Shown here: positions 54,994 through 64,000 of the stretch, one piece after another
Layout of the letters: each line of letters starts with the position of its first letter
How positions within the stretch are numbered: position 1 is the stretch's first letter
From: an uncultured Bacillota bacterium
Lineage (GTDB): Bacteria; Sysuimicrobiota; Sysuimicrobiia; Sysuimicrobiales; Segetimicrobiaceae
Direction: 5' to 3'
NCBI GenBank assembly: GCA_963804645.1
Contig: CAWDRG010000006.1
Coordinates: 1-64,000, forward strand
Length of the DNA: 64,000 bases
Translations under genes and position numbers: made by a program
Notes under the pieces: generated by a model
What the model was told of the DNA's origin: nothing
What the model saw: only the letters and a program-made list of their open reading frames with translations
Database searches by the model: none

Positions 54994-56107
54994 TTATGTC
55001 AGAAGCTTCTCGAGCGGAACGTAGTCCAGGTGGTGGGCGTTCGCGACCGCCGCGTAGGTAACCTGGCCGTCTGCGGTGTTGACGCCCCGACCGAGAGCGG
55101 GATCGTCTATCGCCGCGCGGCGCCAGCCCTTCGCGGCCAACTCGAGCGCATAGCCAATCGTGACGTTTGTGAGGGCGAACGTCGACGTGCACGGAAGGGC
55201 GCCGGGCATGTTGGTCACGCCGTAATGCAGGACGCCGAACTTCACGACGATCGGATGCGTGTGCGTCGTCGGTTCCGTCGTCTCGATACACCCGTCCTGG
55301 TCCACCGCGACGTCGACGATGACGGACCCGGGCTTCATGGTCCGGACCATCGCTTCCGATACAAGGCGTGGGGCCCGCGCGCCGCGGATCAGGACGGCTC
55401 CGATCAGAAGATCCGCGTACGTGAGGGCCTGCTCGAGGGTCACGGGGTTGCTCATGATCGCCATTGCCCGCCCGTGCAGCACGTCGTCGAGATACGCCAT
55501 CCGACGAGGGCTTTTCTCCAGCACCACGACCTGCGCGCCCATGCCGGTCGCGACCTTCGCGGCGTGGGTGCCCACGACCCCGCCGCCGATGATCACGAAG
55601 TTGGCGGGTGCCACGCCGGTGACCCCGCCGAGCAGCGTCCCTTTGCCGCCGGCCGTCTTCTTCAAGTAGAACGCTCCCTCTTGCACCGCCATGCGGCCAG
55701 CGACCTCGCTCATCGGGGTCAGCAGGGGTAGTTCTCCATCCGGGAGCTGGACAGTCTCATACCCGATGCCGATCGTGCGGCTTCGCAGTAGCGCCCGCGT
55801 CAGCTCCGGTTCCGCGGCGAGGTGCAGATAGGTAAAGAGGATCAGCCCCGGTCGCAGATACGGGTACTCGCTCGCAAGCGGTTCCTTCACTTTCAGCACC
55901 ATCTCCGCATCCCAGGCGTCGGACGCGCCAGGGACGATCCGGGCTCCTCGCCGCTCGAACGTCGCGATCGGCGGTTCCGCTCTCTTCACCAGCGGTACTC
56001 TGGACGAGGACCGTATGACCCGCGGCTACAAGTTCGTGCACGCCCGCGAGCATGATGCCGACGCGACCCTCCTGGTCCTTGACCTCTTTGGGAACCCCGA
56101 CGCGCAT
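54994..56107 (-). pseudogene. ald: Alanine dehydrogenase, +1 frameshift near 55965
   Basis: MRVGVPKEVK..EGRV in one frame; KVKEP, FTYLHLA, PMSEVAGR, IGGGVVG, NMPG in another. Confidence 0.88.
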
Positions 56108-56131
56108 CCTCAGTCCTCGGTGCCCGCCGTG

Positions 56132-57502
56132 CTACGCGGCTCCGCCGATCCGCTCGAAGAATCGCATGACGGCGATCGTGCCCTTGTGGAAATGCTCGAG
56201 ATCCAGCTTTTCGTTGGGGCTGTGCGCGTTGGCATCGGGCGTCGACCAGCCGGTGATGACGGTCGGCAGTTTGACGCGCTCGATGAACGCCGAGACGATG
56301 GGGATGGACCCGCCCGTGCGGATGAAGACGGCCTCGTGACCGAACGCGTCCGCGAGCGCGGCCCGCGCCGCGGTGATCGCCGGCAGCGTGTGCGGCACCA
56401 CGACGGGCATCGCGCCGCGCGAGACGCGCACATTGACCTGTGTGCCGCGCGGGGTCAGCGAGCGGACGTGCGCTTCGAACAGGCGCCCGATCTCGGCGGG
56501 ATCTTGGTTCGCCACCAGGCGCATGCTGATCTTCGCCGAGGCGCGCGATGGGATCACGGTCTTCGATCCGGCCCCGATGAACCCGCCGGGCATGCCGTGG
56601 ATCTCAAACGTCGGGCGCGCCCAATTGCGCTCGAACACGCTGAATCCCGGCTCTCCCGTCAGCGCCGTCGAGCCGACTTCGTCTCGGAGGAACTCGGCTT
56701 CGTCGAACGGCAGCTTTGCCCACGCGTCCGTTTCGGCTTTCGGCGGCGGGACGACGCGATCGTAGAAGTGCGGGATCAGGATGCGTCCATCGGCATTCTT
56801 CAGGCCGGTAATGATCTCGGCCAGGGCCATGAACGGGTTCGGCGCGACGCCGCCATAGCCGCCCGAGTGGAGGTCGCGCGAGGGGCCGATGACTTCGATC
56901 TCCCCGCCGACGATCCCTCGGAGCCCCAGCGTGACTGCGGGAATCCCTGGGGCGTAGACGCCGGAGTCCAGGACGAGCGCCGCGTCCGCCCGCAGGCGGT
57001 CTCCGTTCGACTGGACATAGGCCGCGATCCCCTCGCCGCCGGACTCTTCCTCCCCCTCGATGATCAGCTTCACATTGACGGGAAGCTTCGTCCCCGTCTT
57101 CAGATAGGCGCGGACCGCGGCAGCCAGCGTGAACATCTGGCCCTTGTCGTCCGCGGCGCCGCGGGCATAGAGGCCGCCGTTGCGCACGGTCGGCTCGAAC
57201 GGCGGGGTTGTCCACAGGTCGAGCGGATCGGCGGGCTGCACGTCGTAGTGACCGTACCCGAGGACGGTGGGCCGACCGGGTGCGCCCATCCACTCGGCAT
57301 ACACGAGCGGGTGCCGCGCCACGGGGATGACCTCGACGGTCATTCCGATCTCCTTGAGGTGGTTGGCCACCCACTGGGCGGCGTGCTTGGTGTCTTCGCG
57401 ATGCGCCGGGAGGGTGCCGATGCTGGGGATGCGGAGGAGGTCGGACAGCTCCTGCTCGAACTGCGAGCGGTGTGCCTGGGCGTATTCAACCGGGGTCGGC
57501 AT
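56132..57502 (-). CDS. M20/M25/M40 family metallo-dipeptidase
   Basis: YGHYDVQP, ARGAADDKGQ, EGEEESG, DLHSG, GGSIP, AHSPNEK. Confidence 0.93.
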   Translation of the reverse strand: MPTPVEYAQAHRSQFEQELSDLLRIPSIGTLPAHREDTKHAAQWVANHLKEIGMTVEVIPVARHPLVYAEWMGAPGRPTVLGYGHYDVQPADPLDLWTTPPFEPTVRNGGLYARGAADDKGQMFTLAAAVRAYLKTGTKLPVNVKLIIEGEEESGGEGIAAYVQSNGDRLRADAALVLDSGVYAPGIPAVTLGLRGIVGGEIEVIGPSRDLHSGGYGGVAPNPFMALAEIITGLKNADGRILIPHFYDRVVPPPKAETDAWAKLPFDEAEFLRDEVGSTALTGEPGFSVFERNWARPTFEIHGMPGGFIGAGSKTVIPSRASAKISMRLVANQDPAEIGRLFEAHVRSLTPRGTQVNVRVSRGAMPVVVPHTLPAITAARAALADAFGHEAVFIRTGGSIPIVSAFIERVKLPTVITGWSTPDANAHSPNEKLDLEHFHKGTIAVMRFFERIGGAA

Positions 57503-57608
57503 GGACAACCTCCTGATGGGACGATGCGACGGGAGGGTTCTCGGCGGTCCGGGCGGCTCCTGCTGTGCGCGTGACGGGGCATCGGCGCATGCTATAATGA
57601 ACGGCGTT

Positions 57609-57685
57609 GGCGGCGTAGCTCAGGTGGTCAGAGCACGCGGTTCATACCCGCGGTGTCGGGGGTTCGAGGCCCTCCGCCGCCACCA
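57609..57685 (+). tRNA. tRNA-Met(CAT), elongator type, CCA encoded
   Basis: Cloverleaf GGCGGCG...CGCCGCC-ACCA, anticodon arm CGCGG-TTCATAC-CCGCG; upstream TGCTATAAT promoter. Confidence 0.93.
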
Positions 57686-57812
57686 TTTCTCACCGGCCTA
57701 CCACAGACCATCCCGCTCGTGGCACGCATGTCGCGACCTCGGATCGTAGGGTGCACACGCCGAGCATCGTAGGTCGTAGGAACGGCCCGCCAGCCCGCCG
57801 AAGTGGCCGCGC

Positions 57813-58850
57813 GTGAAGGGGCCGGCCACGTTCGTGGCGCGCGCGCGTGACACAATCCGTCGGCACCGGATGCTGGCCGCCGGCGATGTCGTCGTGGCCG
57901 CGGTCTCCGGCGGCGCCGACTCTACGGCCCTGCTCCAGCTGCTCGCCGCGCTTCGCGAGGAACTGCGCCTCAAGATCCACGTCGCGCATTTCAATCATCT
58001 GCTCCGGGAGGATGCCGACGTCGACGCGGCCTTTGTCGCGGATATGGCCCGCGCGCTCGGCTTGACGTTCCATCAAGGAAGCGGGGATCCCCGGGCTCAC
58101 GTGGGGGCCGGCCGGTCGCTGGAGGACGCCGCGCGCCGCTTGCGCTACGCGTTCTTGACCGCGGTCGCGCGCGCCGAGGGGGCCCACGCGATCGCGACCG
58201 GCCACACGCTCGACGATCAGGCGGAGACGGTCCTGATGCGGCTGCTACGCGGCGCCGGCCCGTGGGGGCTGTCGGGGATCCCGCCCGTGCGCACGCACGC
58301 GGGCCTGCGGCTGATCCGCCCGCTGCTGGAGGTGCCGCGTACGGAGGTGGAGGCGTCGCTGCGCGCCGCGGGCCTCTCGTGGCGCGAGGACGCGACGAAC
58401 CGCGATCACGCGATGCTGCGCAATCGCGTGCGCGGCGTCCTCCTTCCAAGCCTGGCGGGGTATAATCCGCATGTCCGCCGGACGCTTGCGCGGCTCGCCG
58501 AGGTAATGCGAGACGAAACGCTGGCGCTGGATGTCCTGGCCGCGCGGCGCGTTAATGCGGTGCTGTCCGGTCGGGGTGCGACGGTGCGCATCGCCCTCGA
58601 GCCGTTTGCGCGGCTGCCGGCGGCGCTGCAGCGCCGCGCGCTGCGCGAGGCCGTGCGCCGCTGCCGCGGGAACATCGAGGGTGTGGGGTTCGTTCACTTA
58701 GAAGGAGCGAGGCGGATTGCGCTCGAGGGCCGCCCCGGGGCGATCGCGGAGCTGCCGGGCGGGCTGCGGGCCGTGCGGGTCGGACGGGCCCTCGAGGTGC
58801 GGGGCGGGCCGCGTGTTCAGAGACGACGCACGGCCGCGCGTGGACGTTAA
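57813..58850 (+). CDS. tilS: tRNA(Ile)-lysidine synthetase (short form)
   Basis: AVSGGADS, HFNH, EDAARRLRY, TGHTLDDQAET, LIRPLL, RNRVR. Confidence 0.95.
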   Translation: MKGPATFVARARDTIRRHRMLAAGDVVVAAVSGGADSTALLQLLAALREELRLKIHVAHFNHLLREDADVDAAFVADMARALGLTFHQGSGDPRAHVGAGRSLEDAARRLRYAFLTAVARAEGAHAIATGHTLDDQAETVLMRLLRGAGPWGLSGIPPVRTHAGLRLIRPLLEVPRTEVEASLRAAGLSWREDATNRDHAMLRNRVRGVLLPSLAGYNPHVRRTLARLAEVMRDETLALDVLAARRVNAVLSGRGATVRIALEPFARLPAALQRRALREAVRRCRGNIEGVGFVHLEGARRIALEGRPGAIAELPGGLRAVRVGRALEVRGGPRVQRRRTAARGR

Positions 58851-59151
58851 TGTAGGGGGCGCATCTACCCGGCGCTCCATCCCGAGATGGATGACGGCCA
58901 CGGGCCGCGCCCCGAAGATAGTCGTACATGGCCGCGTTGATGCGTGCCGGAGGAATGGATCGTGCGACGAACCGTGGCCAAAATAGGAGAGCGTCGGAAG
59001 CCGGAGCACGGCGCGGGCGTGCGCCGCGCCGCTGCGGGGAACGAGGTAGGCGCGCGAATGCGTATGTGCTATAATTCCGAAGTGCATTCGCCCCACTCGG
59101 CCCCCTGGCGCTCCGGACCCAGCGGTTGGTGCTTGCGAGGAGGTTCCCGGA

Positions 59152-61068
59152 GTGTTCAATAAGCATCTACGCACCTTTTTGATCTGGGCCATGATCCTGG
59201 TGGTAGTGGTGTATGTTGTGCTGCCGTATTACCACCAGCGGTCCCCGCGCGAGGAGATCTCCTACAGCGACTTCCTCGACAAGGCGCGCAACGGCGACAT
59301 CCTGTCGGTTACGGTCGGCAGCGAGGACGTGTCGGGACAGCTGCGGAGCGGTCAGGAGTTTCGCGCGTACGTGCCTGCGGGCGACACGTCCTACATCGGC
59401 ATTCTCGAGGCGAAGCACGTCACCATCACGGCGGAACCGCAGTCGCGGTCCGCGCTGTGGCCGACGATTCTGACGACCGCGCTGCCGCTCCTGCTGATCG
59501 TCGTCTTTTGGATGTTGGTGATGCGCCAAGCGCAGTCCGGGTCGAACCAGGCGATGTCGTTCGGCAAGAGCCGGGCGCGACTGCATACCGAGCCGAAGAC
59601 GAAGGTCACATTCGAGGACGTCGCCGGCGTCGAGGAGGCGAAAGAGGAGCTCGAGGAGATCATCGAGTTTCTTCGCCATCCCAAGAAATTCCAGGCGCTC
59701 GGGGCCAAGATCCCCCGGGGCGCGCTGCTGGTCGGTCCCCCGGGCAGCGGCAAGACGCTGCTCGCCAAGGCGATCGCCGGCGAGGCGGGCGTGCCGTTCT
59801 TCTCGATCTCGGGCAGCGAGTTCGTCGAGATGTTCGTCGGCGTGGGCGCGAGCCGGGTCCGGGACCTGTTCGACCAGGCCAAGAAGTCGGCGCCGTGCCT
59901 CGTCTTCATCGACGAGATCGACGCGGTGGGCCGCCAGCGGGGCGCCGGGCTCGGCGGCGGGCACGACGAACGTGAGCAGACGCTGAACCAGCTGCTGGTC
60001 GAGATGGATGGGTTCGATCCCAACTCCGGCATCATCGTGATCGCCGCGACCAACCGGCCGGACATTCTGGACCCGGCCCTGCTGCGTCCGGGGCGCTTCG
60101 ACCGCCGGATCGTCGTCGACAATCCCGACGCGAAGGGGCGGCGCGCCATTCTGGACGTGCACGTGCGCGGCAAGCCGATCGCCGAGGACGTGAACTTGGA
60201 CATCCTCGCGCGGCGGACGCCGGGGTTCAGCGGCGCGGATCTCGCGAACATGGTGAACGAGGCCGCGCTCCTGACGGCTCGACGGGGCAAGAAGCGCCTC
60301 GGCCGGTCCGAGTTCGACGAGGCGATCGAGCGGGTGATCGCGGGGCCGCAGCGCAAGAGCCGGATCCTCGGGGCGAAGGAGCGCGAGCTCACGGCGTACC
60401 ACGAGGGCGGGCACGCGCTGCTCGGCAAGCTGCTGCCGCACGCGTATCCGCCGCACAAGGTGACGATCCTGCCGCGCGGCATGGCGCTCGGGTACGTGCT
60501 GCCGCTGCCGCAGGAAGAGAAGTACACGCTGACCCGGGGCGAGATCCTCGCGAACATCACGGCGATGCTCGGCGGCCGGGTGTCGGAGGAGATCACGTTC
60601 GGGGAGATCACCACCGGCGCAGCCAACGACTTCGAGAAGGCGACCGATCTGGCACGGAAGATGGTGACCGAGTTCGGGATGTCCGACAAGCTGGGCCCCC
60701 TGACGCTGGGGAGCAAGCACGGGCCAGTGTTCCTCGGTCGGGATCTCGTCGAGAGCCGGAACTACTCGGACGAGATCGCCTACGAGATCGACAAAGAGGT
60801 CCGGCGGATCATCGACGAGTGCTACGGCCGCGCCAGGCAGGTTTTGGTCGAGCACAAAGAGCTGCTGGCGCGGATCGCGAACGCGCTGCTCGAGCGGGAG
60901 TCGCTCGACGGTGACGATCTCGATCTGCTGATCGCGGGGCAGCCGCTGCCGCCGGATGTGGTCGTCGCTCCGGCGCCCGCACAGCCCGCGCCGACCCAGG
61001 ACGTCACGACGTTCCCGCGGCCGGACACGACGCCCTCACCGGCCTTGTCGCCCAAGGTGACCGGCTGA
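59152..61068 (+). CDS. ftsH: ATP-dependent zinc metalloprotease FtsH
   Basis: Two TM segments, [22 protein letters not shown]; upstream TGTGCTATAAT promoter. Confidence 0.98.
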   Translation: MFNKHLRTFLIWAMILVVVVYVVLPYYHQRSPREEISYSDFLDKARNGDILSVTVGSEDVSGQLRSGQEFRAYVPAGDTSYIGILEAKHVTITAEPQSRSALWPTILTTALPLLLIVVFWMLVMRQAQSGSNQAMSFGKSRARLHTEPKTKVTFEDVAGVEEAKEELEEIIEFLRHPKKFQALGAKIPRGALLVGPPGSGKTLLAKAIAGEAGVPFFSISGSEFVEMFVGVGASRVRDLFDQAKKSAPCLVFIDEIDAVGRQRGAGLGGGHDEREQTLNQLLVEMDGFDPNSGIIVIAATNRPDILDPALLRPGRFDRRIVVDNPDAKGRRAILDVHVRGKPIAEDVNLDILARRTPGFSGADLANMVNEAALLTARRGKKRLGRSEFDEAIERVIAGPQRKSRILGAKERELTAYHEGGHALLGKLLPHAYPPHKVTILPRGMALGYVLPLPQEEKYTLTRGEILANITAMLGGRVSEEITFGEITTGAANDFEKATDLARKMVTEFGMSDKLGPLTLGSKHGPVFLGRDLVESRNYSDEIAYEIDKEVRRIIDECYGRARQVLVEHKELLARIANALLERESLDGDDLDLLIAGQPLPPDVVVAPAPAQPAPTQDVTTFPRPDTTPSPALSPKVTG

Positions 61069-61265
61069 CCAGCGTCGCGGTACAAGCGCGGCACGTTGCG
61101 TAACCGGCCGAGGGGGGAGCAGACGCTCCTCCCTCGGCGGCACGTTCGGGGGATGCACGGCGCGCATGCGCGTGAGACGGCGGCGCGGCCGGGTGTTCGG
61201 GCCCGGGACGGTGCTATAATGGTGCAGCTCAGGCGGTCCGCCGCCCGCAGCGCAGGAGGACCGGA

Positions 61266-61845
61266 GTGCTGAAGATCGGCAGATTTGAGTTCGGGAAGTC
61301 CGCCGCGCCGTCGACGTCTGGTCCGGGGCACCGTCACCGGCCGCGGAAGACCGCGCGGCTCCTGAGAGACGCAGGGACGGACGATCCCGTGGGGGCACGC
61401 CGCGATCTACGCGGGGGTGGTGCTCGCGATCGCCGTCGCGGTCGGGCTGTGGCAGCATTCGTATGACGTCCAGCAGGCCGCGCTCGACGCGCCGCTCCCG
61501 CCGCCGACGCCGCAGGTGGCCGCGCAGCGGCTCGTGGAGTTGGGCGTGGTCGGACCGGGCAACGTCAGCAACGTCACGTGGGACCCAAAGACCGCCGCGC
61601 TCGAGATGACCGTACGGGACGTGCTGATCAAGCCGGGCCAGTCAGTCGCCGAGCAGCGGAAGAACGTGCAGGCCGAGGGGGATCTCGCCGTGCACGCGAT
61701 CCAGGGTGGATTTGCCGGCAGCAAGCTTGCGCCGCCCAAGGCGATCACGATCCATCTGACCCGCGGCACGAGCCCAGTCGCCACCACGTCGGTGGCGGCG
61801 GGGCAGACCGCGCCGACGACGGTGTTCGCCGGGGCCCTCCGATAG
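61266..61845 (+). pseudogene. Single-pass membrane hypothetical protein, frameshifted at GAGAGA 61364-61369 (or a shorter gene starting at 61417)
   Basis: TGCTATAAT promoter and AGGAGG RBS precede GTG 61266, but the TM segment and domain lie in the +1 frame, which opens only at 61366. Confidence 0.55.
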
Positions 61846-61862
61846 ACGCGCGGCGGTTCGGG

Positions 61863-61902
61863 CACGACGAAGGCCCGCCTGCGCAGGCGGGCCTTCGTCG
61901 TG
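61863..61902. terminator. Hairpin between convergent genes
   Basis: CACGACGAAGGCCCGCCTG / CAGGCGGGCCTTCGTCGTG perfect inverted repeat. Confidence 0.75.
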
Positions 61903-61924
61903 GATCCGCGCTCCCCGAGCAGCC

Positions 61925-62641
61925 CTAGAAGGCGTAGACCGCGCGCACGCTGGCCGTGACCGACACCATACCCGGGAGCACCGGCGTCTCGACGCTCTGC
62001 GCCGCGGCAAAGGCGAGGCGCGGGGTCGGGGACGCCTCGCTGAGGACTTCCAGCCGCACGAGGCGCAGCGGGCCGACGCCCGCGGCCTGGGCGAGGATCG
62101 TGGCCGTGTCCTTCGCGTTCTGCACCGCGAGCCGCAGGGCGCGCGTCTGATCGGCCTTCGCGTCGCGGAGCCCGAAAGAGATGCCCGCCACCTCGTTCGC
62201 GCCCGCGCCGACGCCGGCGTCGATCACGCGGCCAGTGAGCCGCAGGTCGTTCACGGTCACGACGATCCGGTTCGTCGCGGTGTAGCCGGTGATTTGGCCG
62301 TTCCCCGGGCCGGGCCGCCGCTGCGGGTTGAGCTCGACGCCGGTCGTGCGCATCTGGTCGGCCGGAATGCCGACCGCCGCGATCTGCCGGATGATCTCCG
62401 TCATCGTAGCACTGTTCGCGTTCTGCGCGTCCTGCGCCGTGGTCTTGGTCGTTTCCACCCCGAGCGTGACGGAGGCCTGGTCCGGCGTGTCGTCGACGGA
62501 CCCCTGGCCGGCGACGACGATCGTGTGCGCGGCGTTCGCGGCGCCGGTCGACAGCGTCTCCTGGGCGTTGGACCACACGGGCATCGCCGTGATGGCCGCC
62601 GCCACCGCGAGCATGACCAGGATCCTCGTGTTCGTTCGCAT
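61925..62641 (-). CDS. SIMPL/DUF541 (YggE-like) secreted protein
   Basis: Signal peptide; VAGQGSV..PDQASVTLGV, GYTATN, GANEVAGISF, ASVRAVY. Confidence 0.9.
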   Translation of the reverse strand: MRTNTRILVMLAVAAAITAMPVWSNAQETLSTGAANAAHTIVVAGQGSVDDTPDQASVTLGVETTKTTAQDAQNANSATMTEIIRQIAAVGIPADQMRTTGVELNPQRRPGPGNGQITGYTATNRIVVTVNDLRLTGRVIDAGVGAGANEVAGISFGLRDAKADQTRALRLAVQNAKDTATILAQAAGVGPLRLVRLEVLSEASPTPRLAFAAAQSVETPVLPGMVSVTASVRAVYAF

Positions 62642-62810
62642 CGATGTCCCCCCTCGGCGCGCCCGTGACTGTGCAGCCGTCCGGCGCCCGTTTCCCTGTT
62701 TCCAAACGCCGCCGGGGCGCGAATGGTTCCACGGCAGGGAAGGGTCGGCACCGGGACGAAACATCTGTCGGTTCGGCGGTCCGCAAGGCGGATCAGCCCC
62801 GGGAGGGTGC

Positions 62811-63170
62811 ATGTTCGCGCTCAACTTCTACTCCTCCCTGTTCGCGCACGCGCTGCGCGACGGGAGCAAGACGCTCACGATCCGGCTCGGCGACAAGCGG
62901 GACAAGTATCAGGCGGGCCAGCTGGTCTGGGTGACCGTCGGGCAGCGCTTCGGAACGCGGCAGCGGATCTTCACCGCGGTGATCGATCGGGTGGAGACGA
63001 AATCGGTCCGCGAGGTGTCCCCGCGGGAGATGGAGCGCGACAACGCGGCCGTGCGCGACCACGACAGCCTGATCGAGTTCCTCTCGAAGATCTACAGCCG
63101 GATGATCATCCCCGAGGACGTCGTCACCGTGATTCACTTCTCGCACGTCACCGACGCGCGCGACGACTGA
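62811..63170 (+). CDS. ASCH domain (PUA-like) protein
   Basis: LNFYS, GSKTLTIRLG, VTVIHF; GGAGG RBS. Confidence 0.8.
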   Translation: MFALNFYSSLFAHALRDGSKTLTIRLGDKRDKYQAGQLVWVTVGQRFGTRQRIFTAVIDRVETKSVREVSPREMERDNAAVRDHDSLIEFLSKIYSRMIIPEDVVTVIHFSHVTDARDD

Positions 63171-64000
63171 CTGAGCCGCGGCTCTCGCTGCGCACGCCCC
63201 CGCCGCCGCTTCGCGTCGGACCCACGGTCCTTGAGTTCGGCCGCCGGACGTACGTGTGCGGCATCATCAACATGACGCCCGATTCGTTCGCCGGGGACGG
63301 CCTCGCCGGCGACGCCGGCGCCGCGGAGGCGCGGGGGCACGCGTGGCGCGCCGAGGGCGCGGACCTGCTCGACGTCGGCGGGCGCTCGACGCGGCCCGGG
63401 GCGCCGCCCGTGGACGTCGCGGAAGAGCTGCGTCGCACGATTCCCGCGATCCGCCGCCTCGCGTCGGTCGGGCTGCCCCTGAGCGTCGACACCTCGTCCG
63501 CCGAGGTCGCGCAGGCGGCGCTGGACGCCGGGGCCGCGATGATCAACGATGTGACCGCGCTGCGCGGGGATCCCGCGATGGGCGCTGTCGTCGCGCGCGC
63601 GGGCGTCCCGGTCGTGCTAATGGACGGGGACGACCGGACCGGCGTGCCGGATCCGGTGTCGGAGACAGTCCGGTTTCTCCGCGAGCGGATCGGCGCGGCC
63701 GCCGCGTGCGGGATCGACACGCGCCGCATCATCGTCGACCCGGGCTACGGGTTTGGGCTCGCCCTCTGGCAGAACATGGCGCTGCTCCGCCGTCTCGGCG
63801 AGCTGGGCGCGCTCGGCCGTCCCATCCTGGTCGGCACCTCGCGCAAAGGGAGCATCGGGAGAGTGTTGAACCTACCGGTCCATGATCGGGTGGAAGGGAC
63901 CGCGGCCACGGTCGCCGTGGCGATCGCGCACGGCGCCGACATCATCCGGGCGCACGACGTGCGTGCGATGGTGCGGGTCGCCCGCATGACCGACGCGATC
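63167..64000 (+). CDS. folP: Dihydropteroate synthase, 3' end runs past the window edge; start uncertain
   Basis: CGIINMTPDSF, DVGGRSTRPG, SVDT, INDV, VDPGYGF, GTSRK, IRAHDV. Confidence 0.93.
   Translation, partial: MTEPRLSLRTPPPPLRVGPTVLEFGRRTYVCGIINMTPDSFAGDGLAGDAGAAEARGHAWRAEGADLLDVGGRSTRPGAPPVDVAEELRRTIPAIRRLASVGLPLSVDTSSAEVAQAALDAGAAMINDVTALRGDPAMGAVVARAGVPVVLMDGDDRTGVPDPVSETVRFLRERIGAAAACGIDTRRIIVDPGYGFGLALWQNMALLRRLGELGALGRPILVGTSRKGSIGRVLNLPVHDRVEGTAATVAVAIAHGADIIRAHDVRAMVRVARMTDAI

Noticed and set aside
57609..57685. tRNA-Ile2(CAT) or initiator tRNA, suggested by the adjacent tilS
   Set aside because: The paired G1-C72, the lack of three consecutive G-C pairs in the anticodon stem, and the TTCATAC loop fit elongator tRNA-Met.

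Overview
This is a high-GC bacterial chromosome segment with Gram-positive-like regulation (CIRCE, Bacillus-type PurBoxes). The lineage cannot be assigned without a 16S search. Most of the window is core genome: tsaE-tsaB-rimI-tsaD, groES-groEL, a 12-gene pur operon lacking purK, a complete 16S-23S-5S operon, rpoZ, tRNA-Met, tilS, ftsH and folP. Notable features: (1) two diverged rve-type (IS481/IS1202-like) insertion sequences are stacked head-to-tail at one site, with the 5-bp duplication ATGTA present three times, directly against the -35 TTGACA of the rRNA promoter. Both transposases end in a shared HxWxxxW[LF]F tail, which suggests a site-targeting transposon system. (2) The 23S gene carries two group I introns (E. 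coli positions 1931 and 1951) around a 20-nt mini-exon. The first appears to end in A rather than the canonical omega-G, and the second encodes a LAGLIDADG endonuclease. (3) An unusual fabF-fabL-like-CoA transferase-SDR-plsX lipid operon. (4) A two-ORF IS (DUF6788-like protein plus DDE transposase) with a 10-bp target duplication, followed by a candidate small RNA or attenuator. (5) A dimethylglycine oxidase-like gene flanked by a ~135-bp partial gene duplication. (6) Several frameshifted genes and possible non-canonical start codons. All calls come from motif recognition by eye; no database searches were run.
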